From an uncultured Candidatus Bathyarchaeia archaeon (lineage in GTDB: Archaea; Thermoproteota; Bathyarchaeia; Bathyarchaeales; Bathycorpusculaceae): a stretch of 64,000 nt of DNA. Positions 61,271-64,000 of the stretch are shown in pieces (position 1 is the first letter of the stretch; the number at the start of each line of letters is the position of its first letter). The translations under genes were made by a program, and so were the position numbers. The DNA lies in the NCBI GenBank assembly GCA_964636425.1, contig CAZWRU010000005.1, positions 4,982 to 68,981 of the forward strand, in the 5' to 3' direction. The notes beneath the pieces are model-generated. The model did not search any database. It was not told the DNA's origin and saw only the letters and a list, made by a program, of their open reading frames with translations.

Positions 61271-62152
61271 ATGACAAGGTTTTTGTGTTTAGATGCCGAT
61301 ATGCGATTGATTATTGTGAAAGTACCTAAGTATCATATTTACATCGAATACGAAGATTCTGCCAAGTCGGGCATCCGTTTTAATGTTCCTCAGGAAGAAC
61401 TCATCCGTGCATTTGTTACGCCTTTTACAGCGGGGCAGCCTTTTTGGTTCATGGGTAAATTGCTCAATTCCCTAAAAACGGTAAAAGTAGTTCTCTTTTG
61501 GTCATACGAAAATGCGGATAAACTCACCTTGCCTGACCAGCAATCTCTTGTGATCTGCAAAGACAAAAAATATCTAATAGAAAATATTCTCAAAGGCAAA
61601 GTAAAAGGAGTATACCTCTGCACTGAAAAATTCCTGCCCCCAGCCCAGAAAACTGAAGAATCTTCAAGTCCAGGTGTAGCTTCAGCAACGAGTATTCGAA
61701 GGCGTATTTTTGTGATTTCGGGTTCTGATGAAGAAATGAAGCAGGTAACTTCTGTGGCATTAACAAAGCTCGGTTTAGCACCTGTAATTATGCGTGAACA
61801 ACCTCGTCAAGGTCGACGAATCGTCGAGCACTTTGAGGACTACTCTGATGTAGGCTTCGCAGTGATTCTATTATCCCCTGATGACTATGTGTTCTCCAAG
61901 GACGATTCGCCCTCAAAACGAACACTAAAACCAAAACAAGACTTAATTTTCACATTTGGATTCATCTTGGGTAAGCTCGACAAAAGCAAAGTTCTTGTCT
62001 TCTACAAAGAATCTGAAAATTTTGAGGTGCCTACCGACTACGATGGTATTCAATTTACGGCTTTTGATGATCGTGATAGCTGGAAGCTAGCTTTGATACG
62101 AGAATTAAAAACCGCAGGCTACGCCATAGACCAGAACGCTATTCTTCAATAA
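61271..62152 (+). CDS. protein with an unknown N-terminal domain and a C-terminal TIR-like domain (Cap12/Pycsar-effector type)
   Basis: 293-aa ORF. The C-terminal ~150 aa (RIFVISGSDEEMKQVTSVALTKLGLAPVIMREQPRQGRRIVEHFEDYSDVGFAVILLSPDDY...IFTFGFILGKL...EVPTDYDGIQF...WKLALIRELKTAGY) matches the bacterial TIR-like nucleotide-binding family as I recall it. Confidence 0.7.
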   Translation: MTRFLCLDADMRLIIVKVPKYHIYIEYEDSAKSGIRFNVPQEELIRAFVTPFTAGQPFWFMGKLLNSLKTVKVVLFWSYENADKLTLPDQQSLVICKDKKYLIENILKGKVKGVYLCTEKFLPPAQKTEESSSPGVASATSIRRRIFVISGSDEEMKQVTSVALTKLGLAPVIMREQPRQGRRIVEHFEDYSDVGFAVILLSPDDYVFSKDDSPSKRTLKPKQDLIFTFGFILGKLDKSKVLVFYKESENFEVPTDYDGIQFTAFDDRDSWKLALIRELKTAGYAIDQNAILQ

Positions 62153-62245
62153 ACAATAAAACCCCGCCAGTGAGTGTTGAACAGTAAAGTTTCTATATGA
62201 AATGAACTATCCCTATGCAATAGCCCAAGTCATCGCAGGATAGTC

Positions 62246-62319
62246 GCGGTCTTAGTCCAGCCTGGCTAGGACATCAGCTTCCCAAGCTGACGACCCGGGT
62301 TCAAATCCCGGAGACCGCA
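62246..62319 (+). tRNA. tRNA-Gly (anticodon CCC)
   Basis: Hand fold. Acceptor GCGGTCT/AGACCGC, D-arm GTCC/GGAC, anticodon stem TCAGC/GCTGA with loop TTCCCAA, T-arm CCGGG-TTCAAAT-CCCGG. Confidence 0.9.
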
Positions 62320-62430
62320 TTTAAAATCCCAAAGAGGGCTTTATTCAGTTTACTAAAATTATGGCCGGCTTCCCCTACGGGGCGGGCATTATGCTTTATT
62401 TTTTGACAAGAGATACCAAAAAACCCTAAT

Positions 62431-63255
62431 TTATGCTAAATCTTCCTCCGCTCGGATTGTTTTAGCGGAACTCCAAAGGCATTCAAAATATGTTCTGGCC
62501 ATGCCGATTAGGCTAGGGTGATCTGAATATAAATCAGGTCCTTCACCGCCAACATTAAACGGTGAAGGTTTTAGTGCCATACGTAGTGATTTGTTATCGT
62601 ACAAACTGATTAAAGCTGGCGCTTGAGTAAAAACGTATTTAACCTGAAACATTGGCTTTTTGCATAATTCGTTTGAGTAATCTAAACATTGTTTTAATAG
62701 GGATTGTGACGTTTTCATAGAACTTACAATAACTCGAATTCTAACACCCTTCGATAATATTTCGTCTATACTTTTCCTGTTGAGGTGAACCCAGCGCACA
62801 AATCTGCCCCTCAAGGTGACAACATCCATATTTTGCCAGTTGACTCTGTTTAACTCAATGTCTTCCTTTATTATTGACCCCCTGTTTGGGATTTCTATGA
62901 TTTTGAAGTTTTTCAACAAGTTCTGTGTGGTTCTTTGTTTTTCAGCAAGATTTATGATTTTTTCGACTTTTATCTTCAAGTCTGTAGTTTTTTTATCTCT
63001 TCTTTCTAATAAAAGGCGAATTCCAGCTCTTAAGGGAGTTGCTATAAAAATTAATGGTTTAGTTATTGTTTTTTCAACTAATCCTCTTTCAGCCAATTCG
63101 CTTAGTACTCTGTAAATGTCTGTTCGGGTAACTTTTGATAATTTGCAAATCTCTGCAGCTTTTGATTCCCCAAGTTGGATCAAGGCAAGATAGACTTTCG
63201 CTTCTAAATCGGTTAATCCTAACTCTACGAGAGTGTCATATGCTTCTGCTCTCAA
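62431..63255 (-). CDS. TrmB-family transcriptional regulator
   Basis: 274-aa ORF (TTG start). LVELGLTDLEAKVYLALIQLGESKAAEICKLSKVTRTDIYRVLSELAERGLV wHTH plus a TrmB-type C-terminal domain. Confidence 0.8.
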   Translation of the reverse strand: MRAEAYDTLVELGLTDLEAKVYLALIQLGESKAAEICKLSKVTRTDIYRVLSELAERGLVEKTITKPLIFIATPLRAGIRLLLERRDKKTTDLKIKVEKIINLAEKQRTTQNLLKNFKIIEIPNRGSIIKEDIELNRVNWQNMDVVTLRGRFVRWVHLNRKSIDEILSKGVRIRVIVSSMKTSQSLLKQCLDYSNELCKKPMFQVKYVFTQAPALISLYDNKSLRMALKPSPFNVGGEGPDLYSDHPSLIGMARTYFECLWSSAKTIRAEEDLA

Positions 63256-63469
63256 GTTAACTGCCCTCGGGAACTTGTATGGACCTCTCTCTTTAGAGGT
63301 CCTTATAAACTCTTCTTTTGTCAGTTTGAAAACTTACAGCATCATCATATATTGTAAAGAGTACTGATGTGAGCAGAAGTAAAGGAGAGATGAGACAATT
63401 ACATTAGATTTTACAACTAAATCAAATGTTAGAAGGCGCAATGTATTTTTTGCAATTGCGTTTATTCTA

Positions 63470-64000
63470 ATGTTATCGATTCCAGCAACTATAGTAGCCA
63501 TACCCTCCGCTAATGCTGCTGTTACAGTTCCAACCACATGCTTCGTCTATGCAGTTCCAGACCCTGTAGGAGTTAACCAATTAATCCTTGTCACATATCG
63601 CATTGACAAACTTTCGCCAACAGCTCAGGGAACCTCTGGAGGCGATCACTTCGGCGGTTTTACCGTAACCATCACCGATCCAGAAGGCCAGGTCACAACT
63701 AAGCAAGATTTAACTACTGACTCAACAAGCACAGGCTGGTTCGCATATTATCCAACAAAAACCGGAGTCTACAAGTTCAAAGCAAACTTCCCACAAACAA
63801 CCATAGTCAACAACGCTGGAGTAAGCTATACTTTCCTAGCCAGTGAAAGTGTAGTAGATGAAGTTACAGTTCAGGCTAATCCTATTCCAACGATTCAGGA
63901 TAACCCCCTCCCAACGGGCTACTGGACCCGACCAGTTTACGGTGAAAACAAGAACTGGTACACGATTTCTGGTAACTGGTTAATGCAAGGCTACAACTAT
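63470..64000 (+). CDS. secreted/extracellular protein, partial (continues past the window end)
   Basis: Absent from the ORF track because there is no stop in the window. The frame is open from 63383 to 64000. Signal-peptide-like ...RRRNVFFAIAFILMLSIPATIVAIPSANA is followed by a beta-rich region. The first in-frame ATG is 63470, inside the hydrophobic core, so the true start is probably upstream (see findings). Confidence 0.55.
   Translation, partial: MLSIPATIVAIPSANAAVTVPTTCFVYAVPDPVGVNQLILVTYRIDKLSPTAQGTSGGDHFGGFTVTITDPEGQVTTKQDLTTDSTSTGWFAYYPTKTGVYKFKANFPQTTIVNNAGVSYTFLASESVVDEVTVQANPIPTIQDNPLPTGYWTRPVYGENKNWYTISGNWLMQGYNY

Noticed and set aside
63334-63537. 67-aa minus-strand ORF from the track
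   Set aside because: It is antisense to the signal-peptide region of a much longer open frame on the plus strand. Its hydrophobic composition mirrors the opposite strand, so it is most likely spurious.

Overview
The window looks like a densely packed archaeal chromosomal segment, moderately AT-rich by eye. All calls were made by eye from the sequence and ORF track using remembered family motifs; no searches were run. Archaeal hallmarks: TFB, an L7Ae-S28e-L24e operon, L40e, Alba, Gar1, an intron-containing initiator tRNA, CTP-type riboflavin kinase, an EndoQ-like nuclease and class I LysRS. Most content is core metabolism and information processing:
- an eight-gene hisG-D-C-B-H-A-F-I operon on the minus strand (32.8-39.2 kb; no hisE in the window)
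- a purine cluster, purF-purD plus convergent purQ-purL-purS-purM (50.6-61.1 kb)
- sucCD
- a bacterial-type gap next to an archaeal-type pgk
- a GH57/glycosyltransferase alpha-glucan cluster
- a TldD/PmbA pair
- two adjacent radical-SAM genes
- inositol-3-phosphate synthase, gcvH, tmk and aspS
- three tRNAs: Glu-UUC, intron-containing initiator Met, and Gly-CCC

I saw no rRNA, CRISPR array, transposase, integrase or prophage.

Items most worth a second look:
1. A tightly coupled HAD-like / Ftr-like / PfkB-kinase gene triad sits between purD and purQLSM. No GAR transformylase (PurN/PurT) is encoded in the window, and this is its expected position.
2. sucD and the EndoQ-like gene both have conserved N-termini that lie upstream of any canonical in-frame start. 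In both, an ATG followed by an AAAAAT run lies one base out of frame.
3. An orphan TIR-like (Cap12/Pycsar-type) protein next to tRNA-Gly appears to have Thr in place of the catalytic Glu.
4. A three-copy uncharacterised extracellular domain family.
5. A perfect palindrome over the gap-pgk promoter.
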